Shown one piece after another: positions 1 through 9,545 of a stretch of DNA of 64,000 nt. The position numbers were made by a program, and so were the translations under genes. Source of the stretch: a bacterium. GTDB lineage: Bacteria > UBA8248. Under the pieces are notes generated by a model. It saw only the letters and a list, made by a program, of their open reading frames with translations. It had not been told where the DNA came from and did not search any database. The DNA is taken from positions 2,208,001 to 2,272,000 of the forward strand of contig OZ244799.1 of assembly GCA_965219955.1 (NCBI GenBank). Reading direction: 5' to 3'. Positions within the stretch are counted from its first letter, which is position 1. Each line of letters opens with the position of its first letter.

Positions 1-1
1 A

Positions 2-307
2 AGGAACATCATCCATGAGCGTCATGTTCATCTTCTGGTCGTGGGGCACCCCGTCGGACTGTCGAACCGTGATACGTCCATGGCGAAGCGCACCAGGAGG
101 TTCGTGAAATTTTTACGCAACAACCTCGAAATTCCCGTCGAAAAATGGGATGAGCGGCTCAGCACGACGCAGGCGGACCGCGTTTTGAATGAAATGGAAA
201 CCAAGCCGAGCCGGAAGATGAAAAAGCGCGACGTCATCGCGGCGCAACTCATTCTACAGGCCTACCTGGATCACCAAAACGCGAAACGCCCGACTTCCGA
301 TGAGTGA
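2..307 (+). CDS. ruvX: Holliday junction resolvase RuvX/YqgF (5'-truncated by window edge)
   Basis: Frame open from position 2; LVVGHP, WDERLST and DxxAAQLILQAYLD motifs; directly upstream of mltG. Confidence 0.9.
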   Translation, partial: RNIIHERHVHLLVVGHPVGLSNRDTSMAKRTRRFVKFLRNNLEIPVEKWDERLSTTQADRVLNEMETKPSRKMKKRDVIAAQLILQAYLDHQNAKRPTSDE

Positions 308-1367
308 AAACGAAAATCCCGTCCAGGAAAACGAGGCGCCGGAGCCAGAGCCTCCCGCCAAAAAGAGGCGGCTCGGGAAAATCCTCGTCGTACTTTTCTC
401 CTCCATCATCCTGGTCGCTTTCATCGGCTATCAATATCTCGACGGTGAATTCCATCGGCCCGCGAACCCCAAAGCGGATGAAACGAAACACATCCACATC
501 CGCTCCGGCATGTCCTTCACCCGGATACTCGAATTGCTGGAGAAAAACCGCCTGATTCAAAACCCCGGATTGTTCCACCTCCAGGCCAGACTCAGGGGCG
601 GCGCCAAGAGCATTCAAGCCGGCGTCTATGCGCTCAAAGCATCCATGTCGCCGCGAGAGATATATCGGCACTTGTCAGAGGGCAGAGTCGCCCGGCGCAC
701 ATTCACCATTCCCGAGGGTTACAACGTCCGGGAAATCGCACGAACGATTCAGCGCGCGAAACTCGCCGGTGAAGAAGAAATTCTCAGGCTCTCCCGCGAT
801 CCTTCCTTTCTGGAAAAACTCGATATTTCCGCGGCCTCCATCGAGGGATATCTGTTCCCCGACACGTATCATTTCCCGGTGGGCACGGAAGCGAAAAAAA
901 TCCTGACGCTCATGGTTCGAACGATGCGGAAAAAATTCTCGCCCGCTCTCAGAGAACAGGCGAAAACGATGGGATTCACCATCCATCAGGCGCTCACCCT
1001 CGCCTCGATTATCGAAAAAGAGACATCTCTCGGCAGCGAACGTCCACTCATCGCGGCCGTTTTCATCAACCGGCTCAAACGAAGAATGCGCCTCCAGAGC
1101 GACCCCACCGTCATATACGGGCTCCCCCATTTCGACGGAAACATCACCAAAAAAGACTTGCGATACGATTCACCCTACAACACCTACCTCCACCGGGGAC
1201 TTCCCCCGGGCCCCATCGCCAGTCCGGGGCTGGAATCCATCAAATCGGCCCTGAATCCCGCTAAGGTGAAATATCTGTATTTCGTGGCCACCAAGGCCGG
1301 CGGCCATCGATTTTCCCGCACGTACCGCGAACACCGCCGCGCCGTGAACCGGTACCAGCGCCGATAG
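300..1367 (+). CDS. mltG: Endolytic transglycosylase MltG (YceG)
   Basis: N-terminal TM helix; TIPEG, EGYLFPDTY, LASIIEKE, LQSDPTV, SPYNTY and GLPPGPIASPG motifs. Confidence 0.95.
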   Translation: MSENENPVQENEAPEPEPPAKKRRLGKILVVLFSSIILVAFIGYQYLDGEFHRPANPKADETKHIHIRSGMSFTRILELLEKNRLIQNPGLFHLQARLRGGAKSIQAGVYALKASMSPREIYRHLSEGRVARRTFTIPEGYNVREIARTIQRAKLAGEEEILRLSRDPSFLEKLDISAASIEGYLFPDTYHFPVGTEAKKILTLMVRTMRKKFSPALREQAKTMGFTIHQALTLASIIEKETSLGSERPLIAAVFINRLKRRMRLQSDPTVIYGLPHFDGNITKKDLRYDSPYNTYLHRGLPPGPIASPGLESIKSALNPAKVKYLYFVATKAGGHRFSRTYREHRRAVNRYQRR

Positions 1368-1374
1368 ATGTCGG

Positions 1375-1404
1375 TTGACCCCGGAATTGCGGTGGTGGCA
1401 TGAT
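1375..1404 (+). promoter_or_regulatory. Putative sigma70 promoter (TTGACC-N18-CATGAT)
   Basis: Consensus-like boxes in the intergenic region upstream of the response regulator-valS operon. Confidence 0.4.
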
Positions 1405-1524
1405 TGTCAACCAGTTGCCCCGGCACAGGAAGACGCAAGAGTTCTAAAGAGATTTGAGCGTAGACTCCTTGTTCTTATCCCCCATTCGGCTCATCCAGCG
1501 AACGCCCGGACGAGGACCGAACAT

Positions 1525-2250
1525 ATGACGACCAGATTACTTCTCCTCGACGAAAGCCTTCTCGTGCAGCGAGTCGTGGAATTGGCCTACAGGGACAGGG
1601 GAGTCGACGTCCAGATAGCGGAGAATGCAGACGAAGCGCTTGAAATGGCGGAGAATGCGGCGCCGGACATCGTCGTCGCCAGCCTGGACATGGAGGGTTC
1701 CGACGGCCTGGGATTTTGCCGTCGCCTGCGCGAAAAACCGGAACTCTCCCAGGTCCCTCTCCTCGTTTTAACGAGCACGCGCAAAAGCGTCAGCGATGAG
1801 GAAATCCAGGAAGTGGGCGCGGTGGCGAACATCGAAAAACCGTTCAAACCGGTGGTATTCACGGACGAAGTGGAGCGCATCATCGGCCCTGGACATAGCG
1901 TATCGACACAACAGCCCGAAGCGCAGGCGGAGCCAGGTTCCCCGACGGCAACGGTGGTCGAGAAAACTGCAGAGGAAGCGCCCTCCCCTTCTGAGGACAC
2001 GACAGGAGAATCCGAAGAATCGCAAGAGGCTTCCGCCGCTGAAGAGGAGCAACGGCCCACATTCGACGCCCCGCCCGCTCTCGATAGTGAAACACTCGCT
2101 CCCATCATCCAGAAACATCTCGAAGAAGCCGCTGAAAGGATCGCCCCCACGTTGCTCAGCCACATCGAAGACGCCGTGGTAAAACAGCTCCCCTATATCG
2201 TAGAGAAAATCGTCATTCGAGAAATCGAAAAAATCAAACGCGGAGAATAA
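1525..2250 (+). CDS. RomR-like response regulator: atypical receiver domain, acidic/Pro-rich linker, C-terminal helix
   Basis: ATG at 1525; receiver fold (LLLLDES...PDIVVAS...KPF); low-complexity linker; C-terminal EKIVIREIEKIK; immediately upstream of valS as for RomR. Confidence 0.75.
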   Translation: MTTRLLLLDESLLVQRVVELAYRDRGVDVQIAENADEALEMAENAAPDIVVASLDMEGSDGLGFCRRLREKPELSQVPLLVLTSTRKSVSDEEIQEVGAVANIEKPFKPVVFTDEVERIIGPGHSVSTQQPEAQAEPGSPTATVVEKTAEEAPSPSEDTTGESEESQEASAAEEEQRPTFDAPPALDSETLAPIIQKHLEEAAERIAPTLLSHIEDAVVKQLPYIVEKIVIREIEKIKRGE

Positions 2251-2253
2251 ATT

Positions 2254-4875
2254 TTGCTGGAACCCCGCTACGACCCGAAAGGGGCCGAAGATCGCTGGTA
2301 TGCCGAATGGCTGAAGCGCGGATATTTTCACGGCGCGCCCAGCGAGAACCATGAGCCTTACTCCATCGTCATCCCGCCCCCGAACGTGACGGGCTCGCTC
2401 CATATGGGCCACGCCCTGAACAACACCCTGCAGGACATCCTCATCCGCTGGAAGCGCATGAGCGGACTGCGCGTCTGCTGGATGCCGGGCACCGACCACG
2501 CGGGCATCGCCACCCAGAACGTTGTGGAGCGCCAACTCGCCGAGGAAAACCTATCGCGGGAAGCCCTGGGGCGTGAGAAATTCATCGAGCGCGTCTGGAA
2601 GTGGAAAGCCGAGAGCGGCGGAACCATCATCCGCCAGCTTCACCGCCTGGGCGCTTCGTGCGACTGGGAGCGCGAGCGGTTCACGATGGACGAGGGGCTC
2701 TCCCGCGCCGTGCGCGAGGCCTTCGTGAGGCTTTACGAAGAGGGGTTGATTTACCGCGACAACTACCTGGTGAACTGGTGTCCGAGGTGCGAGACGGCCG
2801 TATCCGACCTGGAAGTCGAACACGAAGAACACGACGGCCACCTGTGGAATTTTCACTACCCGCTCTGGAGCGGCGGGGACGGCGTCACCATCGCGACGAC
2901 GCGCCCCGAGACCATGCTCGGCGATACGGCCGTGGCCGTCCATCCCGACGACGAGAGATACAGGAGCCTCGTGGGCGAGCATCTGCGCCTGCCGCTGCTG
3001 GACAGGAAAATCCCCGTCATCGCGGATTCTTTCGTGGACGCCGAGTTCGGCTCCGGCGCCGTGAAGGTCACGCCCGCGCACGACCCGAACGATTTCGAGG
3101 CGGGACTCAGAAACGACCTGCCGCAAGTCAACATCCTCACCCCGGATGCCAAGATCAACGAAAACGGGGGCCCCTACGAGGGGCTGGACCGCTTCGAGGC
3201 TAGAAAGCGCATCGTCGCCGACCTGGAAGCGCAGGGGCTGATGCGCGGGGTGGAGGCCCATCGCCACGCCATAGGCGGGTGCTACCGCTGCGGCACGGTG
3301 GTGGAGCCTTATCTCTCGAAACAATGGTTCGTGCGCGCGAAGCCGCTGGCGGAGGAATCGATACGCGCCGTCGAGGACGGGCGGATCAGGATCGTCCCCA
3401 AACAGTGGGAGTCCACCTATTTCGAGTGGATGCACAACATCCGGGACTGGTGCATCAGCCGCCAGATCTGGTGGGGCCACCAGATACCCGCCTGGTACAA
3501 CGACGATACCGGAGAGGTCATCGTCTCACGCGAAGATCCGGGCGACCCGAACTTAAGACGCGAAACCGACGTGCTCGACACCTGGTTCAGTTCGGCTCTG
3601 TGGCCCTTCTCGACGTTCGGGTGGCCGGATGAAAATGAAGATCTGAAATACTTCTACCCCACGTCCGTTCTCGTTACCGGCTTCGACATCATCTTCTTCT
3701 GGGTGGCGCGAATGATCATGACGGGGCTCAAGTTCATGGGCGACGTCCCCTTCCGCGACGTCTACATCCACGCGCTGGTGCGCGACGAGCAGGGCCACAA
3801 GATGAGCAAGACGCGCGGGAACATCATCGACCCGCTCGAGATCATCGAGGAATTCGGAACGGATTCTCTGCGCTTCACCCTAACCGCCATGGCCGCTCAG
3901 GGGCGCGACATACGCCTGTCCACTGAGCGAATCGCCGGGTACCGGAATTTCTGCAACAAAATCTGGAACGCGGCCCGCTTCACGCTCATGAACCTGGGCG
4001 AGAGCGTTCCCCCCATGCCTCCCAGAGAAGAACTCTCACTCGGGGACAGGTGGATACTGAGCCGCCTGAACGGTGTGACGCGCCAGGTGGACGAGGCGCT
4101 CGAGGAATACCGCTTCAACGACGCAGCCCTGGCGCTCTACCACTTCACATGGCACGAACTGTGCGACTGGTATCTGGAAGTCATCAAACCCGCCCTCATC
4201 TCCGGCGAGGGCGGCGACGCCAGCCGAGCCGTGCTCGCCGAAGCGCTCGAACGCACGCTCAGGCTGCTGCACCCGGTCATCCCCTTCATCACCGAGGAGA
4301 TCTGGCAGAAACTCCCGAACCGCACGGGCGAGAGCATCATGATGGCCGAGTGGCCGGAGCCGCAGGACGGATGGGACGACGCGCAAGCGGAATCGGAATT
4401 CGAGGCCCTGATGGACATGATCGGCGGCATCAGAAACATCCGCGGCGAGCTCAACATTTCCCCCAACAAGGAGATGCCCGCGCATATTCAGGTACAAGAC
4501 CCCGGGAAACTCGAGGTTATCCTGCGAGAATCCGAATGGATACGGAGACTGGCGAGAATCGCGCCCGACTGGAAGGTCGGCCCCGACGTGGAGCGGCCCA
4601 AGGCGTCGGCCCACACCGTTTTCGGCTACGGGCAGGCATTTGTTCCCATCGGCGGACTCATCGACGTCGAAGAGGAACTGAAGCGTCTCCACAAACAAAT
4701 CGCCGACGCGAGCGATACGATTTCCGGCCTCGAGAAAAAACTCGCCAATCCCGCTTTCATCGAACGCGCGCCCGCCGAAATCGTGGAAAAGGACAAAACC
4801 CGCCTGCGTGAAACCCTGGATCGCGCGGCAAAACTCCGCGAGAGCGCGGAGCGGATCGCAGAGTTCCAAAACTAG
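2254..4875 (+). CDS. valS: Valine--tRNA ligase
   Basis: PPPNVTGSLHMGH, DWCISRQIWWGH, KMSKT, C-terminal coiled-coil arm. Confidence 0.98.
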   Translation: MLEPRYDPKGAEDRWYAEWLKRGYFHGAPSENHEPYSIVIPPPNVTGSLHMGHALNNTLQDILIRWKRMSGLRVCWMPGTDHAGIATQNVVERQLAEENLSREALGREKFIERVWKWKAESGGTIIRQLHRLGASCDWERERFTMDEGLSRAVREAFVRLYEEGLIYRDNYLVNWCPRCETAVSDLEVEHEEHDGHLWNFHYPLWSGGDGVTIATTRPETMLGDTAVAVHPDDERYRSLVGEHLRLPLLDRKIPVIADSFVDAEFGSGAVKVTPAHDPNDFEAGLRNDLPQVNILTPDAKINENGGPYEGLDRFEARKRIVADLEAQGLMRGVEAHRHAIGGCYRCGTVVEPYLSKQWFVRAKPLAEESIRAVEDGRIRIVPKQWESTYFEWMHNIRDWCISRQIWWGHQIPAWYNDDTGEVIVSREDPGDPNLRRETDVLDTWFSSALWPFSTFGWPDENEDLKYFYPTSVLVTGFDIIFFWVARMIMTGLKFMGDVPFRDVYIHALVRDEQGHKMSKTRGNIIDPLEIIEEFGTDSLRFTLTAMAAQGRDIRLSTERIAGYRNFCNKIWNAARFTLMNLGESVPPMPPREELSLGDRWILSRLNGVTRQVDEALEEYRFNDAALALYHFTWHELCDWYLEVIKPALISGEGGDASRAVLAEALERTLRLLHPVIPFITEEIWQKLPNRTGESIMMAEWPEPQDGWDDAQAESEFEALMDMIGGIRNIRGELNISPNKEMPAHIQVQDPGKLEVILRESEWIRRLARIAPDWKVGPDVERPKASAHTVFGYGQAFVPIGGLIDVEEELKRLHKQIADASDTISGLEKKLANPAFIERAPAEIVEKDKTRLRETLDRAAKLRESAERIAEFQN

Positions 4876-5643
4876 ATGAACCCCATCGGCGCCGAGGAAA
4901 AAACACTCGATTGGCGGATCGAAACTGTCGAGGTGACAAGTTCCACCAACGATCTGGTTTCGGCCCGTGCGCGGGAAGGCGAGCCGGGCGGCCTCGTGAT
5001 ACGCGCGATTTCCCAAACCAAAGGACGCGGCAGAAGAGGGCGCTCCTGGTTTTCACCGCCTGCGAGCGGACTGTATTTCTCCGCCCTGCTTCGCCCGAGC
5101 GGCGAATCCGGTATTTCATCCCTCCTGACGCTTCTCCTCGGCGTCGCCGCCGCGGAAGGACTGGCAGAGGCGACGGGCCTTCGGGTCGGACTCAAATGGC
5201 CGAACGACCTGCGGGTGAACGGCAAAAAAATCGGCGGAATCCTGTGTGAATACATGAATTTTCCGAACCAGCCCCCCGCCGTCGTCGCAGGCGTAGGGCT
5301 GAACCTCACGACGCGGGAAGCCGACTTCCCCCCTGAACTGCTTGAGTCGGCATCCTCGGTCCTTCTCTCGGGAGGGCGGGTTCCCGATGCGGAGGGTCTT
5401 CTCCATCTCCTTCTGGGGCGCATCGCTTTCTGGTACAAGGAATATGAATCGAGCGGTTTCGAGGGCGCCCGGGATCAGTGGCTCAGGTTGTGCGACAATC
5501 TGGGCGAAACGGTGTCCGTCCGCGCCGCGGGTGAGACTTTGATTGGAAAAAACAACGGGATTGACGAGGCGGGCCGCCTGCTGCTCGAAAAACAAGACGG
5601 CTCCATCGAGAGAATAACCTCCGGCGAGGTGGAACTCACATGA
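4876..5643 (+). CDS. birA: Biotin--protein ligase BirA (no HTH domain)
   Basis: STND, QTKGRGRRGRSW, LKWPND and KKIGGIL motifs. Confidence 0.95.
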   Translation: MNPIGAEEKTLDWRIETVEVTSSTNDLVSARAREGEPGGLVIRAISQTKGRGRRGRSWFSPPASGLYFSALLRPSGESGISSLLTLLLGVAAAEGLAEATGLRVGLKWPNDLRVNGKKIGGILCEYMNFPNQPPAVVAGVGLNLTTREADFPPELLESASSVLLSGGRVPDAEGLLHLLLGRIAFWYKEYESSGFEGARDQWLRLCDNLGETVSVRAAGETLIGKNNGIDEAGRLLLEKQDGSIERITSGEVELT

Positions 5644-6419
5644 ACAAAGGCTCCTATCTGCTGGCCATCGACGTGGGCAACACGCAGACCGTCGTGGGGC
5701 TTTTCGACGGCGAAGAACTCGTCTCGAGCTGGCGGCTCGGCTCCGTGGCCCGCCGCACGACGGATGAACTGGCCATTCTCATGGAAGGCTCGTTCCGGCT
5801 GGGAGAACACCAGATGTCGGACGTGGGCCGTGTCGTGATTGCTAGCGTCGTTCCTCCCCTGGGACCGAATCTGGAGGACATGGCGAAACGCTATTTCGGC
5901 GTAAAGCCGCTGGTCGTCGGCCCGGGAATACGGACGGGAATTTCCATCAAGTACGACAATCCCCGCGAAGTGGGGGCGGACAGAATCGTCAACGCCGTCG
6001 CGGGGTACCACCTCTACGGGGGGCCTTTGATCATCGTCGATTTCGGAACGGCCATCACTTTCGACGCGTTATCCGCCTCGGGAGAATACCTGGGCGGCGC
6101 CATTTCGCCGGGCCTGGGAATCGCCCTGGAGGCGCTCATCGATAAAACGGCCCGGCTTCCCCGGGTCGAAACCGCCGTGCCGCCGTCGGTCATCGGGAAA
6201 AACACGGTCCACAGCATTCAGGCAGGCATCGCCTACGGGTACCGGGGCCTTGTCCGGGAAATCGTCGACCGCATGAAAACTGAACTCGGGAGCGACACCA
6301 AAGTCGTCGCAACGGGCGGGCAGAGCCTGGCTCTGGGTGAAGAAGAAGGGGGTTTCGACACGACCAATCCCGATTTGACGTTGCTGGGTCTGCGCCTTAT
6401 CGCCGAGCGAAATCCGTAA
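5640..6419 (+). CDS. coaX: Type III pantothenate kinase
   Basis: LAIDVGNT, GADR, DFGTA, GGAISPG and ATGG motifs. Confidence 0.95.
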   Translation: MNKGSYLLAIDVGNTQTVVGLFDGEELVSSWRLGSVARRTTDELAILMEGSFRLGEHQMSDVGRVVIASVVPPLGPNLEDMAKRYFGVKPLVVGPGIRTGISIKYDNPREVGADRIVNAVAGYHLYGGPLIIVDFGTAITFDALSASGEYLGGAISPGLGIALEALIDKTARLPRVETAVPPSVIGKNTVHSIQAGIAYGYRGLVREIVDRMKTELGSDTKVVATGGQSLALGEEEGGFDTTNPDLTLLGLRLIAERNP

Positions 6420-6472
6420 ATGAGGCGACCCGGCTACTTCCCCGTCAAAAAGACACAACAAGTGAACCGGCG

Positions 6473-6832
6473 CTACTGAAACGCATCTCGAATCAGTTCT
6501 TTCGCCTTCGGTTTTCTCCCCGCCTCCGCTTCGAGCAGCACCACGTCGAAGCGGCAGATGGATGATTGCTCTTCGGGGTGCGTCATCAGATAGTGCTGCG
6601 CTGCCTGCGCGATTCTGCGCTGTTTCTCGCGACCCACGGACTCCGCCCCGCTCAAGGACTTGCCCGGCGCGCGGGTCTTCACCTCGATGAACGACAACAC
6701 CCCGCCTTCGCGCGCGACGATGTCCACCTCATAGCGCGAGCCACGGTAATTTCGCTCGATGATCTCAAAGCCGTGTCTGCGCAGGAATTTCACGGCGGCG
6801 TCTTCTCCGATTTTCCCGCTCTCGCGGCTCAT
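6473..6832 (-). CDS. yraN: YraN family endonuclease-like protein
   Basis: GKIGEDAA, ERNYR, EVDIV, FIEVKTR and RFDVV motifs; follows rnhB; start placed at MSRESG. Confidence 0.92.
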   Translation of the reverse strand: MSRESGKIGEDAAVKFLRRHGFEIIERNYRGSRYEVDIVAREGGVLSFIEVKTRAPGKSLSGAESVGREKQRRIAQAAQHYLMTHPEEQSSICRFDVVLLEAEAGRKPKAKELIRDAFQ

Positions 6833-6839
6833 GGCGTCC

Positions 6840-7442
6840 TCATGCGCAGGCCGCCGCCGGCACGCCCCGGAATGTGCGTCGATGAATGCGGCAGGGGCCA
6901 TACCGCGCGAGAGCGGCCAGATGATCCCGCGTGGGATACCCCTTGTGCCTGCCGAAGCCATAGCCCGGAAAACGCCCGTCCATCCGGGCCATTACCCGGT
7001 CGCGGTACACCTTGGCGATCACGCTCGCCGCGGCGATGCAGGCGCACCGCGAATCCCCCTTTACGAGGGGAGTCTGCGGAAGTGCGGTGGGAATCTTCCT
7101 GTTCCCGTCGACGAGCACGTGGGCGGGCGCGAGCCCAAGGCCGTTCGCGGCGGTCGCCATGGCGCGAAGGGAGGCTTGCAGGATGTTGATCCGCTCGATC
7201 TCGCGCGGACCCGCCGCCGCAATGGCGACGGCGCGCGCTTTGGCGAGAATCTCGGGCAAGAGCGCCTCCCTTTGGCGCGGGGACAGTTTTTTGCTGTCGT
7301 CGAGGCCGGCGACCCGATTCTCGGGGTCCAGCACCACGGCGGCGGCCACCACCGGACCCGCCAGGGGGCCGCGCCCGGCCTCGTCCACGCCTGCGACGGG
7401 CGAGGCGCCTACCAGCGCGAGTTCGCATTCGATGGAATACAT
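6840..7442 (-). CDS. rnhB: Ribonuclease HII
   Basis: GVDEAGRGPLAGPV, DDSKKL, LVDG, IAAASVIAKV and HKGYPT motifs. Confidence 0.97.
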   Translation of the reverse strand: MYSIECELALVGASPVAGVDEAGRGPLAGPVVAAAVVLDPENRVAGLDDSKKLSPRQREALLPEILAKARAVAIAAAGPREIERINILQASLRAMATAANGLGLAPAHVLVDGNRKIPTALPQTPLVKGDSRCACIAAASVIAKVYRDRVMARMDGRFPGYGFGRHKGYPTRDHLAALARYGPCRIHRRTFRGVPAAACA

Positions 7443-7611
7443 GAAAGACCAAAAGGGCGGTGGATTTCCCCAATATATCGATGATTCAGGACGTCCTCAA
7501 GAGGCGAGTCCGCTTACGGGGCAGGGATCGGCCATCCGGGTTGGGAGCGGCCTGAAAATCTGAGAAGATGGGGATATCCTTGAACCAATAAAACTGACTG
7601 GAGAATTTACG

Positions 7612-8601
7612 TTGGCCAAGCCCAAGCTGTTCCGAAAAGACCATCTCATCGATTCGCACGACGAAGGCATCAAGCTGCACCTGAGAGAGAAAAAACCGCG
7701 CGGGATGCACAAATCCGAAGCGGCGGGTACGCTGCTCATGGTGCACGGGCAGAGCACCCCCGCCCCCGTCGCCTTCGATCTCCCCTTGCCCGGCTACTCC
7801 TGGATGGACTTCGCCGCCGCGCGCGGCTTTCACTCCTACGCGCTGTGCATCCGGGGCTACGGGCCTTCCACGCGGCCGCCGGAAATGCTGAGAAGCCCCG
7901 CCGGCCAGCCACCGGCCGTGCGGGGAATCACCGCCGTGCGTGACATTGATGCCGCCGTGCGGTTCATCTGCGGGCAAAACGGCATCAATAAGCTGAACCT
8001 GCTCGGCTGGTCGTGGGGCACGACCACCACGGCCGCCTTCACCGCCGGAAAGCAAGCTCGCGTCCGCCGCCTCGCGCTCTATGCGCCCTTTTATGCATAC
8101 GACAACCCCCAGGCTGCGGCCCTCTGGGAAGACCCGGCGCGCCCAGGCCGCTGGGACCCCCGCAAGGGGGCATGGCGCTGGGTCACGGAGAGCTATCAGC
8201 GCGAGCGCTGGGACGGGAGCATCCCCAGGGGGCAGCACGCGAAATGGCGAACCGAAAAAGCCATCAAACGCTTCTGGAGCGAGCAGCAGAAATTCGACCC
8301 CGAAGGGGCGAAGCGAAGAGTCCCCGCAGTCCGCGTGCCCAACGGCGCGATGGCGGACAGCTACGACCGCGCGCGCAACAAGCCGCTCTACGACGCCGGC
8401 AGAATCACCTGCCCGGTCCTCACCATCCGGGGAGACCACGACAGAAGCTCGACCGACCCCGTCTTCGCCGCCGTCTACCGCGCGCTGGTGAACAGCCGCG
8501 GGAAGCGCTCCGTCACGCTGGGAGACGCCACGCACTTCGCCCAGTACGAATGGTGCCGCGAGGCTCTGTATAACGAAGTTCAGAATTTCCTGGAGGGTTG
8601 A
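7612..8601 (+). CDS. Alpha/beta-fold hydrolase
   Basis: MVHG oxyanion segment, RGYGPS, GWSWG nucleophile elbow, C-terminal His in ATHF; TTG start with GGAG RBS. Confidence 0.85.
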   Translation: MAKPKLFRKDHLIDSHDEGIKLHLREKKPRGMHKSEAAGTLLMVHGQSTPAPVAFDLPLPGYSWMDFAAARGFHSYALCIRGYGPSTRPPEMLRSPAGQPPAVRGITAVRDIDAAVRFICGQNGINKLNLLGWSWGTTTTAAFTAGKQARVRRLALYAPFYAYDNPQAAALWEDPARPGRWDPRKGAWRWVTESYQRERWDGSIPRGQHAKWRTEKAIKRFWSEQQKFDPEGAKRRVPAVRVPNGAMADSYDRARNKPLYDAGRITCPVLTIRGDHDRSSTDPVFAAVYRALVNSRGKRSVTLGDATHFAQYEWCREALYNEVQNFLEG

Positions 8602-8636
8602 GACAAGAGAACGAAGCAAAGTTGATAATCATAAGT

Positions 8637-9167
8637 TCAATACCGAACCCTTAAAAACCTAACACCGACTTTTTCACAAGCCTTCATGATTCTGTATTCA
8701 TATTTTCCCAATTTTCCATCTCTATCATAGATAACCACAACAGGTTCTTTTCCAGTCAGAACGGAAAAGAAAACAGCCTGTTGCAAACTATCGAGACTGC
8801 TTCTTTTATCTAAACCGCCCTCGTAAACAGAATCCGAGGTCTCACAATCTACTTTCACATAACCCTTGGGATATTGATGACGAGTCTCGGTAACACCACC
8901 AACGCTGGCGCAAAAGATTCTATTGTATTCGTCTTCACTCATTTTCTTTGTTTTTGATTTTACAGGTCGTTCAGGGCTTCTTTCACGGGGAGATAAAGCA
9001 GGGGGAGAAAAACCAGGGCTTCGATGGCAATGTCTTATTCCTGTTCTCCGATTATAATGACAACCGTCTGCGGCTAAGCCACCACCATGCGCAAATGAAA
9101 AATCGGGGATTGCAATTAGGGCTAGAACCATAATTCCGAAAAAGAGTACCGCCAGGAGCCATCTCAC
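8637..9167 (-). CDS. Exported YHYH-motif protein with a C-terminal PD-(D/E)XK-like domain
   Basis: GTG at 9167 after GAGGAGG; signal peptide ending ..FA-HGGGLAADGCHYNRRTGIRHCH; AT-richer than flanks. Confidence 0.7.
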   Translation of the reverse strand: MRWLLAVLFFGIMVLALIAIPDFSFAHGGGLAADGCHYNRRTGIRHCHRSPGFSPPALSPRERSPERPVKSKTKKMSEDEYNRIFCASVGGVTETRHQYPKGYVKVDCETSDSVYEGGLDKRSSLDSLQQAVFFSVLTGKEPVVVIYDRDGKLGKYEYRIMKACEKVGVRFLRVRY

Positions 9168-9316
9168 CTCTACCCTCCTCGTATGGGTAAAGTTGGAAAC
9201 ACCATGCGCCGTCTTGAATTGGGTCGTGTTGCGGCACAAACATGGCGTTGGGAGAAATTCTAGTGGATTCAACGATGGGAAATAAAAAAAGTGTCGAAAC
9301 CCGAGAATCTAGAAAC

Positions 9317-9379
9317 TCAGTTTCTCTCCACCTCCTTCATCTGGGCGGCCTTTCCTTTGTGTTCTCACAAGTGTAACTT
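9317..9379 (-). pseudogene. Degenerate duplicate of the rplS 3' end
   Basis: Reads K-L-H-L-stop-E-H-K-G-K-A-A-Q-M-K-E-V-E-R-N-stop against intact [21 protein letters not shown]; 21/25 nt identical in the core. Confidence 0.65.
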
Positions 9380-9545
9380 TTGAAAAACCTGACATGCGAC
9401 CCCTGCGAAGATCGATCCCCACAGAAGAGAATCCCGAATCCAGACCCTCAAGGGGGGAGTGATTCTTCCTCTTTCATCAGTTGCCTATGACCCTCAAGAG
9501 GGAGTCATTTCATAAACTCACGTCGATTGAGAAATTCCCTCTCTG

